From Methylocella sp. (lineage in GTDB: Bacteria > Pseudomonadota > Alphaproteobacteria > Rhizobiales > Beijerinckiaceae): DNA of 63,979 bases. A program made the translations under genes and the position numbers. Below the pieces are notes generated by a model that saw only the letters and a list, made by a program, of their open reading frames with translations, did no database searches and was not told the origin of the DNA. The stretch is from NCBI GenBank assembly GCA_036560885.1, contig DATBQJ010000146.1, forward strand, positions 1 to 63,979, written 5' to 3'. Position 1 is the stretch's first letter. Every line of letters starts with the position of its first letter. Below are positions 1-9,828 of this stretch, piece after piece.

Positions 1-92
1 TTCAGAAGTCGCCGGTTGTCGATCTTCACGTTGCCCCGTTGCAACGGCAGAAGCGGCGACACCAGCGCGTATTGCAAATCAGTTAGTTCCAT
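1..92 (-). CDS. IS5-family transposase, N-terminal part (partial; absent from the ORF track)
   Basis: My translation from the ATG at 92 is MELTDLQYALVSPLLPLQRGNVKIDNRRLL, matching the LTD.Q...LLP..RG....DNR.L pattern of IS5 transposase N-termini. Confidence 0.8.
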   Translation of the reverse strand, partial: MELTDLQYALVSPLLPLQRGNVKIDNRRLL

Positions 93-138
93 CCCGCATT
101 GATGGAGCCCTTAACCTTTCTTTTGTGTTAACAGGCCC
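1..138 (-). mobile_element. Left end of an IS5-family (IS427-like group) insertion sequence, running off the window edge
   Basis: The minus strand reads CTA|GGGCCTGTTAACAC at a CTAG site (138-141), followed by a transposase-like start at 92. It interrupts the upstream gene straight after GKTDIL. Confidence 0.8.
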
Positions 139-1077
139 TAGGATGTCGGTCTTGCCTTGATAGTTAAAGGTCTCTCCAGTCGCTTGCCCTTCATACTGGC
201 CGTTGAGCTGGACAAGAAAATGCTGGCGTAAATCCTCTTCGTCGATTGTCGTAAAAGCCGACGGGCTCCTCTCCATGAGGAACGCCATATTCATCATAAT
301 GTCGAGAATATTCTGGTACTCGCCTTCGTCAAGAACCGGTTCGGGTTTGTACGGCGCAGTGCCCGCTACAGGAAGCTTCGGCGCGATCCGCTTCCGCGCG
401 ACAGGTGCGGTGTAGGTTGCCGATGCATCCGGCCGCTTTTTCATCGCGAACCCAAGTCCCGCAACGAGATTGCGATTATTCAATAGCTTTTGTTTGCGAC
501 GTTCAATGTGACCACGCGCAAGCTCCCGCAGACCGGTATTAAACGGGTTGGTATCAGCCCTTTGCCAATCGAGATATTTTTTGATGTCAGCAATCTGGCT
601 CTTCAGCGCGTTACTGACTCGTGCTTGTTCAAGCTGCACCCCGGCAACCTGAAGTACGAGATGATCATTCTGAACTATTGCACGCGGCGGCATCGACGAA
701 AATGTATTCGGACGCAATCGAAAAAGATTCCCGTTGCCTGTGAATGGCACAACAAGCTCCACCAACGTACCGGAAAGACGCAGCGGGCGAGACTCGTCGA
801 AATGCCCGTAAAGAAAGTTGTCGTTCACCTCGACCTCGGCCTCACGCTGATCTACAAGCGCCTGGTCATCCTGAAGTTCAGGTGTATCGAGACGGAACTC
901 ATTCTCAACATAGGTGCAAAGGTCTTCGATAGAGGAATTCGTAATGTGGTTCTCGTCGAGGCTATCGACCCACGATTTCACCTGCTGTTTCCTCTGTTCA
1001 ATGGTGGCGAACATATCGCTTTCGGCAAATAGATAATTTTGCTTATCGCGCCCATGGCTCATATGCCAAATCTCCAC
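79..1077 (-). pseudogene. Conserved hypothetical protein with probable C-terminal PD-(D/E)XK-like domain, truncated by the IS at about 139
   Basis: The motif EEDLRQHFLVQLN...GETFNYQGKTDIL is followed by an IS-derived tail (GPVNTKERLRAPSMRDGTN). Confidence 0.65.
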
Positions 1078-1166
1078 ATGCGTTAGTTCTGCATCAAAGC
1101 GCCTTGGTACTCGTCCTCTTCTTCGCTGTCATCAAGCTCAAGAGAAGAGTTGCTTAAGTGGGCCGT

Positions 1167-1736
1167 TTAGATTATCTTTTCAATGCGCCGGTCGGGCACA
1201 AACCACATGAGCGCGACGGCAATATAGAGCGCGATCGCGATCCACGGCTGAACAAAGGCAAGCCCAATCGCCACAGTGTACGCCGAGAGGGAAAGCTTGG
1301 TTTTCAAATCGCTTCCGACGGCGCGGGCCAACCGCGAATCCGCGCCGTTGATGGCGATCAGCATCCGTTCCAGCAAAAGATAGCCGATCGCCGCCATAAC
1401 AAGAACAAATCCATAGGCCGCGGTCGGCAGCGCGGCGAAACCGGTCTCGTCCATCCAACGGATCACGAACGGCACCAGGGAAAGCCAAAACAGCAAGAAC
1501 ATGTTCGGCCACAGGACCCGGCCGTCGACGCGCTCGCTTGCCTGCAGCATGTGGTGGTGGTTGTTCCAAAAGATGGCAACATTGGTGTAGCTCAGCGCAT
1601 AAGCAAGGAATACGGGCGCGCTGGATGCTAGCGCGGCGAAATCTGGGCCATGCGGCACCTTCATCTCCAGCACAATGATGGTGATGATGATTGCGATCAC
1701 CCCATCGGTGAAAGCTTCTAGGCGGCCTTTGTGCAT
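1167..1736 (-). CDS. TMEM175 family (DUF1211) membrane protein, putative K+ channel
   Basis: Signature RLEAFTDGVIAIIITI and FWNNHHH. The start is trimmed to MHKG at 1736. Confidence 0.9.
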   Translation of the reverse strand: MHKGRLEAFTDGVIAIIITIIVLEMKVPHGPDFAALASSAPVFLAYALSYTNVAIFWNNHHHMLQASERVDGRVLWPNMFLLFWLSLVPFVIRWMDETGFAALPTAAYGFVLVMAAIGYLLLERMLIAINGADSRLARAVGSDLKTKLSLSAYTVAIGLAFVQPWIAIALYIAVALMWFVPDRRIEKII

Positions 1737-1863
1737 CACAGACCTTTCTCGCAAAGGCAGACATAATAGAACAGCAGGCTCTATTGATAAGGCCGACCGC
1801 CCACCGGAACTAGGCAAAAAGACAATCGCTGCGCCTCGCGCATGTATATTTTTGACGGCGCCG

Positions 1864-1903
1864 ATCGTACCAAAAAGTTTCACGTGAAACATTTTGGTGC
1901 GAT
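1864..1903. repeat. 40-bp palindromic repeat with parS-like core (copy 1)
   Basis: ATCGTACCAAAAAGTTTCACGTGAAACATTTTGGTGCGAT. The core at 1876-1891 matches TGTTTCACGTGAAACA at 15/16 positions. Confidence 0.85.
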
Positions 1904-2002
1904 TGGCAGGCAAATCCGGACAAAGAGTTTAGAGACCGGACCCGCTGTCCGGCCAGCGAAACTTCCCGTTGCCGTTCGCGGGCCTGCATGGTAGCTGCCG
2001 CC

Positions 2003-2965
2003 ATGCTCGAAGGCCTGCCCCCAAATAGCGCCACGCATGTGATGCGCCTTTCGTGCGGCGAGGCGGCGGCGCGCAGGATCGCGGACATCATTGTCGAGAC
2101 TTTTGATCCGGCCACGACCGCTGCCGCGGCCTTTGAGGAGGCGCCGGACGCAGTCGGATCGAAGGATGGTCCTTGGGTCGTCGAAGCCTATTTTGGCGAG
2201 CCGCCTGATGAAGCAAATGTGCGTGCCCTCGTCGCTGTTGTCGCGGGCGCCGCCACCGCCCGCGCGGCAAGCTTCGGCCGCGTCGATGAATGCGATTGGG
2301 TTGCCGCTTCCCTCGCGGGGCTGCAGCCGGTGCGGGCGGGGCGTTTCAACGTGCATGGCGCGCATGGACGCGGCGCGGTCAAGGCCAACGACATTGCAAT
2401 CGAGATCGAGGCAGCGCTCGCCTTTGGCACCGGCCACCATGGTTCGACTCGCGGCTGCCTCCAAATGTTGGATCTCGTCGCACGCAAGCACCGGCCTCGC
2501 GCGATTCTCGATCTTGGTACCGGCTCCGGCATCCTCGCCATCGCGGCGGCAAGATTGTTCAAGCGCAGCGTGCGTGCGGGGGATATTGATCCCGTTTGCG
2601 TGAAAGCGGCCACCGCAAACGCAAGGCGCAATCGCGCTGAGCGCTTCGTGCGGTTCGTTCTCGCGAAAGGCGCCGCACATCCGTTTTTGCAGCAAGGGGC
2701 GCCTTACGATTTGGTGCTTGCCAATATTCTCGCACGTCCTCTGCACGATCTCGCGCCTGAAATTGCGCGATTAACGGCGCCCGGCGCGGACATTATTCTC
2801 TCAGGGCTCATCGCGCGGGATGTCCGTGGTATTATCGCGGGCTATGGGGTGCAAGGCATTGCCCTGGCGCGTCTAATCGACATCGACGGCTGGGCGACGT
2901 TGTTCATGCGGCGCTGCGGCGGCCGGCGCGAAAACCTACAGTGTCTTCATCCGCGCAAACGTTAG
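2003..2965 (+). CDS. prmA: 50S ribosomal protein L11 methyltransferase
   Basis: Motifs LAFGTGHHGSTRGCL, LDLGTGSGILAI and LVLANILA. Confidence 0.93.
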   Translation: MLEGLPPNSATHVMRLSCGEAAARRIADIIVETFDPATTAAAAFEEAPDAVGSKDGPWVVEAYFGEPPDEANVRALVAVVAGAATARAASFGRVDECDWVAASLAGLQPVRAGRFNVHGAHGRGAVKANDIAIEIEAALAFGTGHHGSTRGCLQMLDLVARKHRPRAILDLGTGSGILAIAAARLFKRSVRAGDIDPVCVKAATANARRNRAERFVRFVLAKGAAHPFLQQGAPYDLVLANILARPLHDLAPEIARLTAPGADIILSGLIARDVRGIIAGYGVQGIALARLIDIDGWATLFMRRCGGRRENLQCLHPRKR

Positions 2966-4372
2966 CCGCAGATGCGCGATCGTGAGGCTGCGCAAGCCGG
3001 CGACATCGAATCCCAACACGACGACAGTGTAGACGGCCACGCCGGTGGCAATCTGTTCGGCGAGCGTCACAAGTCCTGGCTCTTGAGCGCGCATTGGCAA
3101 AACGATCGCAGACATCAACGCATTGGCGAAAATCGTGACGGCGAGATCGCGTGGACGAGGCCATTGCCGTTTTGTGCGGCTTGCGAAACCGGTCAGCACG
3201 ATGAGCGCGACAAGCATCGCGCCGGCCTGGGCAATCGCGAGGTTGACGGCGCCGCCACCTCTCGGCAAGAACAGGAGCAGCAGAGGGTCGGCGGCACAAG
3301 CCGCCAAGGCCGCGACAATCAAAGGCGCGGTTTTTTTTTCGATCTGGAAGACCGGATTTATGGCGTATTGAATCATGGCCATGGAGAAGAGGCCGGTCAT
3401 CATCAAAGGCAACAGCAAGTCGAAATGGCCTCGATACGCCTCCGGCACGGCCAATTGCTCAATCGAGGGAAGGGTCAGCCAAAGACCTGTGCAGGCAGGC
3501 AAGACCATGGCGATGACGATGGTCATGTTGCGGGCGATCTGCCGCCTCGCCTCGGACGGACCATGCAATTCGTGCGTCGCGACCGCAATCTGGAACAACA
3601 CAATATCGAGGGCCGAGCCGATCGCCTGGATTGCCTTGGTTCCGAAATCATAAGCCAAGGAAAATTGTCCGGTTTCCGAAAATCCATCAAGGATCGCGAG
3701 GATCGAGCGATTGGCAAGCGGGATCGCAAGGTAAAGCACGTTGGCGCCGACGATGGGCAAACTATAGGCCATCAGCGAACGGGCAATGGAAAGGCGCGCG
3801 AGATGAGGTTGCGAGGCCGGATCGTGCAACGCCGCGCGCGCGGTGGCGACCGATCCGGCGAGACTGATGATGGTGCCGGCAAGAGTCATCTTGGCGGAGC
3901 CGAACAGGAAGGCTCCGCTGCCCATGAGAACGAAAGCCACGATATTCTTGACAAGAAGCAGCCGGGTAAAAAGCCTATCGTCGAAGCGGGCACGAACCAA
4001 CGCCGTATGATAATCGAACAGCCCATTGGCGGCGGCGGTGGCGAGCGCCAGGGTGATCAAACCATTAGTTAATGTAAATCTGATCCCGGTGAACAGAAGA
4101 AGGCTCGCGCCGGCCGCAAGCCCGGCGGCGATCATTGTAAAGCCGAAATCGAGCGTCGCCCGCAGCGCTGGCTCCTCGTCACGTATCCGTTCGGAATAAA
4201 ACCGTGTGGCCCCAAGCCGGATCCAATCGAAAAAGCCGGTCTGCACGAAAATCGCGGTCGCGTAGGCAAGCGCAAACCGGCCATATTCCTCGGGGCCAAG
4301 AAATTTCGCGACAAGAAGTCCGATCGCGAAATTGAACAGGATATTGCACAGAGAAACCAGGAAAACCGTCAT
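2936..4372 (-). CDS. Polysaccharide biosynthesis flippase-like (Wzx/MOP) membrane protein
   Basis: Many transmembrane segments; N-terminal motif AKFLGPEEYGRFALA. Confidence 0.8.
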   Translation of the reverse strand: MTVFLVSLCNILFNFAIGLLVAKFLGPEEYGRFALAYATAIFVQTGFFDWIRLGATRFYSERIRDEEPALRATLDFGFTMIAAGLAAGASLLLFTGIRFTLTNGLITLALATAAANGLFDYHTALVRARFDDRLFTRLLLVKNIVAFVLMGSGAFLFGSAKMTLAGTIISLAGSVATARAALHDPASQPHLARLSIARSLMAYSLPIVGANVLYLAIPLANRSILAILDGFSETGQFSLAYDFGTKAIQAIGSALDIVLFQIAVATHELHGPSEARRQIARNMTIVIAMVLPACTGLWLTLPSIEQLAVPEAYRGHFDLLLPLMMTGLFSMAMIQYAINPVFQIEKKTAPLIVAALAACAADPLLLLFLPRGGGAVNLAIAQAGAMLVALIVLTGFASRTKRQWPRPRDLAVTIFANALMSAIVLPMRAQEPGLVTLAEQIATGVAVYTVVVLGFDVAGLRSLTIAHLRLTFARMKTL

Positions 4373-4632
4373 CGAAGGAGCGCGCCGGGCCGTTGTGCGG
4401 CCGCACATGTGCTGGCACCGACCAGGGCATTATTGGAATCCAAAAGCCATGCGGCTACGGCGGGCATCGCAACAAAATTATTTGTTATCGTCATGAATTT
4501 CTCCAGCACCGTGGAGATTTTATCCTCAGGTGCTCTAAGGGCTCACGTTAATTTTACGAATCCCGCCAAATTGCCGGCGCCTCCGCGAGGACTTGGGCTT
4601 TTCCCTTATCCCACAACAAGCTAGAAGGGCGG

Positions 4633-5361
4633 ATGACGCACGATGTCACGCTTCCCTCCGCCGCGCTTGCAGGTCTTCTATCATTCCTGAGCCCCTGTGT
4701 GCTGCCGCTGGTTCCACCCTATCTTACGTTTATTGCCGGAACGACAATCGAAGAGGTTGCCAGCCGCGAAGCCCGCGCGCGGCGCGACATTTTCTTCGCG
4801 GCGGCGCTTTTCGTCTTGGGCTTTTCCACGGTCTTCGTTGGCCTCGGCGCGACAGCTTCGGCTTTCGGCCGACTGCTACATCAATACTTCTTGACGCTTT
4901 CGCTTCTTGCCGGGGTCGCGATCATCGCAATGGGCTTGCATTTTTTGGGCGTCTTCCGGTTTGCTTTTCTTTATCGTGAGGTTCGGCCCTCCGTGGGAAA
5001 GCCGGCCGGAATTTGGGGCGCCTACATCATGGGGTTGGCTTTCGGTTTCGGCTGGACGCCCTGCATTGGCCCCATTCTCGCGGCGATTCTCGCGGTCGCT
5101 GCGTCAGAGGAGACGGTCGGCAAGGGCATTGCGTTGCTGGCCTCCTATTCGGCGGGGCTTGGCCTGCCGTTTTTGCTGGCGGCATTGGCAATCGAACCCT
5201 TTGTTCGCGGTGTCAAGCGGTTTCGCCCCTACTTTGGCGCGATGGAGCGGGTGACCGGCGTTCTGCTCGTAGCGACGGGAATAGGGTTTTTGACTGGATC
5301 GATTGGGGATTTCTCGGCCTGGCTCTTGCAGACCTTTCCCAGCCTTGCCAATTTGGGATAA
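4633..5361 (+). CDS. ccdA: Cytochrome c biogenesis protein CcdA
   Basis: Motifs GLLSFLSPCVLPLVP and FGWTPCIGPIL. Confidence 0.93.
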   Translation: MTHDVTLPSAALAGLLSFLSPCVLPLVPPYLTFIAGTTIEEVASREARARRDIFFAAALFVLGFSTVFVGLGATASAFGRLLHQYFLTLSLLAGVAIIAMGLHFLGVFRFAFLYREVRPSVGKPAGIWGAYIMGLAFGFGWTPCIGPILAAILAVAASEETVGKGIALLASYSAGLGLPFLLAALAIEPFVRGVKRFRPYFGAMERVTGVLLVATGIGFLTGSIGDFSAWLLQTFPSLANLG

Positions 5362-5530
5362 ACGGCTTTCAAAGCGATTTGCAACCGCTACAATGAATGG
5401 CTGTGGCTTGAGGTTCTCGCCGGTGGCGCATAGTTTTTTTGCCGAAGCGTTTGCTAACATGAAAACGACCCATCGCACGCTGTTCTTTGACGGAAAGATC
5501 CCTGCGATGAAGAAGGACCCCGGCGAGGGC

Positions 5531-6061
5531 ATGACCAAATCCAACAATGGACACGCGGAGATACGCGCCGTGCCAGGTCAGGGCGTCGATCCGGCGCGGT
5601 TTCGCGACGCGATGAGCCGTGTCGCTGCCGCCGTTCATATTGTCACGACCGATGGACCGGCGGGTCTTGCCGGAATTACCGCGACTTCCGTCGCCTCGGT
5701 CACGGACGAACCCCCAATGATGTTGTTTTGCATCAACAAAACCTCGCCTTCTGCGGCAAGGATGATCGCGAACGGCGTATTTTGCATCAACACTCTTGCC
5801 CCCTCGCACGAGGCGCTTGCTGATATATTTGCCGGCCGCACCGGTCACCGTCTTGAGGAAAGATTTGCGGGCGGCGAATGGACCAAGCTTGTCACTGGCG
5901 CTCCAGTGCTTAAGAGCGCGGCCGTGGCGTTAGATTGCCGTCTTGTCGAGGCAAAAAGCGTCATGACGCATTTTGTCATGATTGGCGCTGTCGAAGCGGC
6001 GGACTTTGGTCTGGAAGGCGGCAACCTCGGCTACGCTCACCGCAAATACGACACGGCGTGA
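5531..6061 (+). CDS. Flavin reductase (RutF/HpaC-like)
   Basis: FRDAMSRVAAAVHIVTTDGPAG...TATSVASV..EPP, plus C-terminal THFVMIG. Confidence 0.88.
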   Translation: MTKSNNGHAEIRAVPGQGVDPARFRDAMSRVAAAVHIVTTDGPAGLAGITATSVASVTDEPPMMLFCINKTSPSAARMIANGVFCINTLAPSHEALADIFAGRTGHRLEERFAGGEWTKLVTGAPVLKSAAVALDCRLVEAKSVMTHFVMIGAVEAADFGLEGGNLGYAHRKYDTA

Positions 6062-6123
6062 GGTGTGCCGGAACGGACATTTATTCAGCTTTTTTTTGCC
6101 AAGTCGCTTCTTTTTGACCGGCC

Positions 6124-6978
6124 TTACAGCTGCTTTCTTCGCCGCCGCCTTTTTGCCGGAGCCCTTGGGCGGGGAGGGGGCGCGGCCGCCGCGGTTTCAA
6201 CAGCGGTCAGGAAATCGATGACCGCCTTGGTGAAATTCGCTTCATCCTCGATATTCGACATATGCGAAGCTTCCAGCGTGATGAATTCGGCGCCTTTGAT
6301 GGAACTGGCCACCAAAGCGCCTGACGCTGGCGGAGTCGAAAGATCGTGCCGCCCGGCAATGACGAGAACCTTGTTGGTGATGCTTCGAATGGCTTCGCGC
6401 TGATCCATGTCGCGGACGGCCGCGCAAGCGGCCAAATAGCCATGCAGCGGCGTCGTCCGGACCATTTCCAGCACGCGCTCCACTTTTTCCAAATTGGCGT
6501 CGCGGAAAGTCTTTGTGAACCAGCGCTCGGCGGCCGCAATAGCGACGTCATTCATGCCGCTATCTCGAGCCGATTGAATGCGTTTGTTCCACAGGTCGGG
6601 ACCCGGTATTTGGGCAGCCGTGCCTGCAAGCACCGCTCGGCCGATGCGTTCGCGCGCATGGACCATGAGCCATAATCCGACGATGCTGCCCATCGAAAGG
6701 CCCAGCCAATGGACTCTCTCGAGCCCGAGCGCATCCATGATAGCGAGCGCGTCACGGGCAAGGCCTTCGACCGAATAAGGTCCTTGTTTGGCAGTGCTTG
6801 CGCCAGCTCCGCGTGAATCGTAGCGCACGACTTGGAATTGTCTGGTTAAAGCGGGGATTTGAGGGTCCCAGAAACGAAGATTGGTCCCCATTGGGTTGGA
6901 GAGCATCAAGACGGGCTTGTTTTCGCCGCCCTCGATCAAAACGTTGAAGGTCTCGCCGGCGATGGTAATACCACTCAT
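6124..6978 (-). CDS. pcaD: 3-oxoadipate enol-lactonase (alpha/beta hydrolase)
   Basis: LSNPMGTNL.FWDPQ, RYDSRG, nucleophile elbow GLSMG, and HMSNIE. Confidence 0.8.
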   Translation of the reverse strand: MSGITIAGETFNVLIEGGENKPVLMLSNPMGTNLRFWDPQIPALTRQFQVVRYDSRGAGASTAKQGPYSVEGLARDALAIMDALGLERVHWLGLSMGSIVGLWLMVHARERIGRAVLAGTAAQIPGPDLWNKRIQSARDSGMNDVAIAAAERWFTKTFRDANLEKVERVLEMVRTTPLHGYLAACAAVRDMDQREAIRSITNKVLVIAGRHDLSTPPASGALVASSIKGAEFITLEASHMSNIEDEANFTKAVIDFLTAVETAAAAPPPRPRAPAKRRRRRKQL

Positions 6979-7406
6979 ACTTTAGCTCCCGAAATCACTG
7001 AATTCCCGCGAGGCGGCATCGCCGCGGCGCCGGAAGATGTTTTTGAACTGGCGGAGTGCGGCCCCCGCAATTGCTACCGGCATCGATACAAAGGAGTCTT
7101 TGCGCCTGCTTCGCGGCATTTGGCCGTCGTGAGACCAACCGGCAGTTCTAAGCAGTCCTGCGCTGATAGGGCAACAATGAGGTTTGGTGATTCAGTTTCG
7201 GGAGGTGATTCGGAGGCTCCCTCATATCAAGCAATTCTCCTGTCTCTAGAACCGAATAGTCTCGCGCGGAACTGGAACCCAGGACCGTCGCCGGAAACGT
7301 TACCGCCCGATGACAACGCCACTTCCTTTGGGCTATATATCGTTGAATCGTGAACGAAAGGCGCCGCGAAAGGCGAACCGGTCCGCACGGATTCAATGGC
7401 AAGCCG

Positions 7407-7907
7407 ATGGCGGATCTTTCCCTCACCCTCAGCCCGCAAACGTCGGCCGACCTCGCGGCGATCGAGAAGCTCGACGAGCGCGCTTTCGGGCCGGGCCGGT
7501 TTGCCCGCTCGGCGTACAGGCTGCGCGAAGGGAGCGAGCCGGACTACGCCTTGTCCTTCGTCGCGAGGGTCGGCACTTTGCTTGTTGGCGCCAACCGCAT
7601 GACGCCAATTATCTGCGCCAACCGGCCCGCGCTGCTGCTAGGCCCGCTGACGGTCGATCCGCCATTTCGGGCGGGTGGAATTGGCGAAGAGCTGGTGATG
7701 AAATCGCTCGACGCCGCGCGAGCGGCTGGCCATGGATTGGTTTTGCTCGTTGGCGACATGTCTTATTATGGCCGGATGGGTTTCGCGCCGGTGCCGCTGG
7801 GCAGGCTCGTTTTCGCGGGGCCCGTCGATCCGGAGCGTTTGCTTTATTGCGAACTCATCGAAGGCGCCTTCGAAGGCGTGCAGGGAAAGGTGCGGCGGGC
7901 AAGGTAG
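7407..7907 (+). CDS. GNAT family N-acetyltransferase (YhbS-like)
   Basis: AFGPGRFARSAYRLRE, LLGPLTVDP, GIG motif, LVGD.SYY.RMGF. Confidence 0.88.
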   Translation: MADLSLTLSPQTSADLAAIEKLDERAFGPGRFARSAYRLREGSEPDYALSFVARVGTLLVGANRMTPIICANRPALLLGPLTVDPPFRAGGIGEELVMKSLDAARAAGHGLVLLVGDMSYYGRMGFAPVPLGRLVFAGPVDPERLLYCELIEGAFEGVQGKVRRAR

Positions 7908-7958
7908 CTCTGTGCCCACTGGAAGCCTCCGCGCGTTCCCGGGCAAAAAATGGCGCGC

Positions 7959-8020
7959 GAGCTTGATCTCGAAAAAGGCGCTGGCTTTTTCGAAAAGATC
8001 ATGCAGCAAAACAAAGATTG
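7959..8020. repeat. Degenerate rhizobial intergenic palindromic repeat
   Basis: Imperfect inverted repeat GAGCTTGATCTCGAAAAAG...CTTTTTCGAAAAGATCATGC followed by an A-rich tail, resembling the neighbouring element. Confidence 0.5.
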
Positions 8021-8057
8021 GAAACCATCCGCGATGCAGCTTGATGCGATCATGCCT

Positions 8058-8161
8058 TAGAGCATTTTCGAGCGAAGTGGACACCGGTTCGCGTTAAAAA
8101 AATGCGATAAAACAAAAATGTAGAGCGCTTTCTGATCCTTCTGAATCAGAAAGCGCTCTAG
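8058..8161. repeat. Approximately 104-bp MITE/RIME-like intergenic repeat (copy 1)
   Basis: Near-identical to 38734-38838. It has the hairpin TAGAGCGCTTTCTGAT...ATCAGAAAGCGCTCTA and ends in CTAG. Confidence 0.85.
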
Positions 8162-8832
8162 CCCGCCCGCGCGGACGGACTGAGCTCTCCGGCAGCGCTC
8201 CGGACTGCTGCAACGAAAGCCGCGATCTTGTTTGCGTCTTTCACCCCCGGAGCATTTTCGACGCCGGACGAAACGTCGACACCCGGTGCGCCAGTTTGGG
8301 CAAGCGCTTCCGCCACGTTGTTGGCATCGAGGCCACCCGCGAGGAGCCACGGCTTTGTGGTTTTGATCCTGGCAAGCAGGCTCCAATCAAAACTTGTCCC
8401 ACTGCCTCCGGGAAGGCCGCCGGCGTGGGGCGGTTTGGCATCGAACAACAGGAAATCGGCAACGTCATCGTAAACCGGTACAAGCGCAAGATCGGTCTGC
8501 TCAGAGATCCCAATCGCCTTCATTACGGGGCGGCCGAAACAGGCGCGAATGGTGGCAACCCGTGCCGGGGTTTCACACCCATGCAATTGAATGAGCCCAG
8601 GATCGAGCGCTTTAATCGCCGCCGCGAGCAAGGCATCGCTTGCATCAACCGTCACCAAAACCTTGCACGTCCGGCCCGCCGCGCGCCGGCCGAGATTTCC
8701 GGCGAGCTCCAGGGAGACGTGGCGCGGACTCTTGTCATAAAAGACAAAACCCGCCATGCTGGCGCCCTGGTCAAGCGCGGCGTCGAGCGAGGCTTGCGTC
8801 GCGAGGCCGCAGATTTTGACGATGACGCTCAT
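8158..8832 (-). CDS. trpF: Phosphoribosylanthranilate isomerase
   Basis: VKICGL, QLHG.E, LAGGL, GVDVSSGVE. Confidence 0.96.
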   Translation of the reverse strand: MSVIVKICGLATQASLDAALDQGASMAGFVFYDKSPRHVSLELAGNLGRRAAGRTCKVLVTVDASDALLAAAIKALDPGLIQLHGCETPARVATIRACFGRPVMKAIGISEQTDLALVPVYDDVADFLLFDAKPPHAGGLPGGSGTSFDWSLLARIKTTKPWLLAGGLDANNVAEALAQTGAPGVDVSSGVENAPGVKDANKIAAFVAAVRSAAGELSPSARAG

Positions 8833-8963
8833 CGGCCTGCCCTGCCGGTATCGTTCAAGCGGAATGGTTCGTTTATACTAAAGTGGCACGGCTTTGGGCG
8901 GCAACATTTTGCGGGCGCGGCGAACCGGTTCTGGCGTTTTCCAGCCGGTCCTCTTTGAAAATG

Positions 8964-9290
8964 TTACGGAATCTTTCGTTTTTCGCCCGGCCGTGGAAGC
9001 GATAGCCGCGCGATTTCCGCCCGCAGCGAGTCCGCCTCCCGTCTCGCCCGGCGCGCCGCGCGACGGTGCCTCCCTTGTTCGAGATAGGTTGCGACGCCGC
9101 CGAAAATAACCCCAATTATGATGGCAACGCCTAGAACTACGAAAAGCTGCACGGTGATTTGGGTGCCCTCAGGAGCGGGCCCGGCAAACGGATCAAGGTA
9201 AATAACCACCGGATGGCGGTTGGCAACCGCCACTGCCACCACAGCGAGCGCAAGCGGAACCAGAAATAAGAGTTTCAAAAGTTGCTTCAT
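8964..9290 (-). CDS. LapA family (DUF1049) membrane protein
   Basis: Two TM segments with ANRHPV...DPF and a basic coiled tail; typical position downstream of ihfB. Confidence 0.8.
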   Translation of the reverse strand: MKQLLKLLFLVPLALAVVAVAVANRHPVVIYLDPFAGPAPEGTQITVQLFVVLGVAIIIGVIFGGVATYLEQGRHRRAARRARREADSLRAEIARLSLPRPGEKRKIP

Positions 9291-9488
9291 TTAGGTCCGC
9301 CGGTGAATTCGCGCGCCTCAAAGCGCGCTTCTAGAGGATTTTTCGCACGTTAGTAAGACCCTGACGAATGCCAAACGCCAGATCCACCGCCTGGCCGGTT
9401 GGGCCGATCGGGCGCGCTCCCCTCGCAGCCAGCCAAAGCTTAAAGGCGAGCAATCGAACATCTGATTGTGCAATTGCGGGGGAAAGCG

Positions 9489-9779
9489 TCAGCCGCCATG
9501 GCCCTGGTTCAAGCGTTCCCGCATTTCCTTGCCGGTCTTGAAAAAAGGAACCGTCTTTTTGTTCACCGGAACATGCGCTCCGGTACGCGGATTGCGTCCA
9601 ATTCTCGCGTCCCGGTGTTTCACCGAGAAGGCGCCGAACCCGCGCAGTTCGACCCGGGCGCCGCGTGCCAAAGCGCTGGAGATTTCCCCGAGAATGGCAT
9701 TGACGATTTTTTCCACATCGCGAAGGTAGAGATGCGGATTACGGCTGGCAATCTTCTGTACGAGCTCGGATTTGATCAT
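9489..9779 (-). CDS. ihfB: Integration host factor subunit beta
   Basis: MIKSELV...[23 protein letters not shown]...[14 protein letters not shown]. Confidence 0.97.
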   Translation of the reverse strand: MIKSELVQKIASRNPHLYLRDVEKIVNAILGEISSALARGARVELRGFGAFSVKHRDARIGRNPRTGAHVPVNKKTVPFFKTGKEMRERLNQGHGG

Positions 9780-9828
9780 CGGCCCCTCCCCCTATTTTGG
9801 CCAAAACTAACCCGTGGGATGCCGCGCT

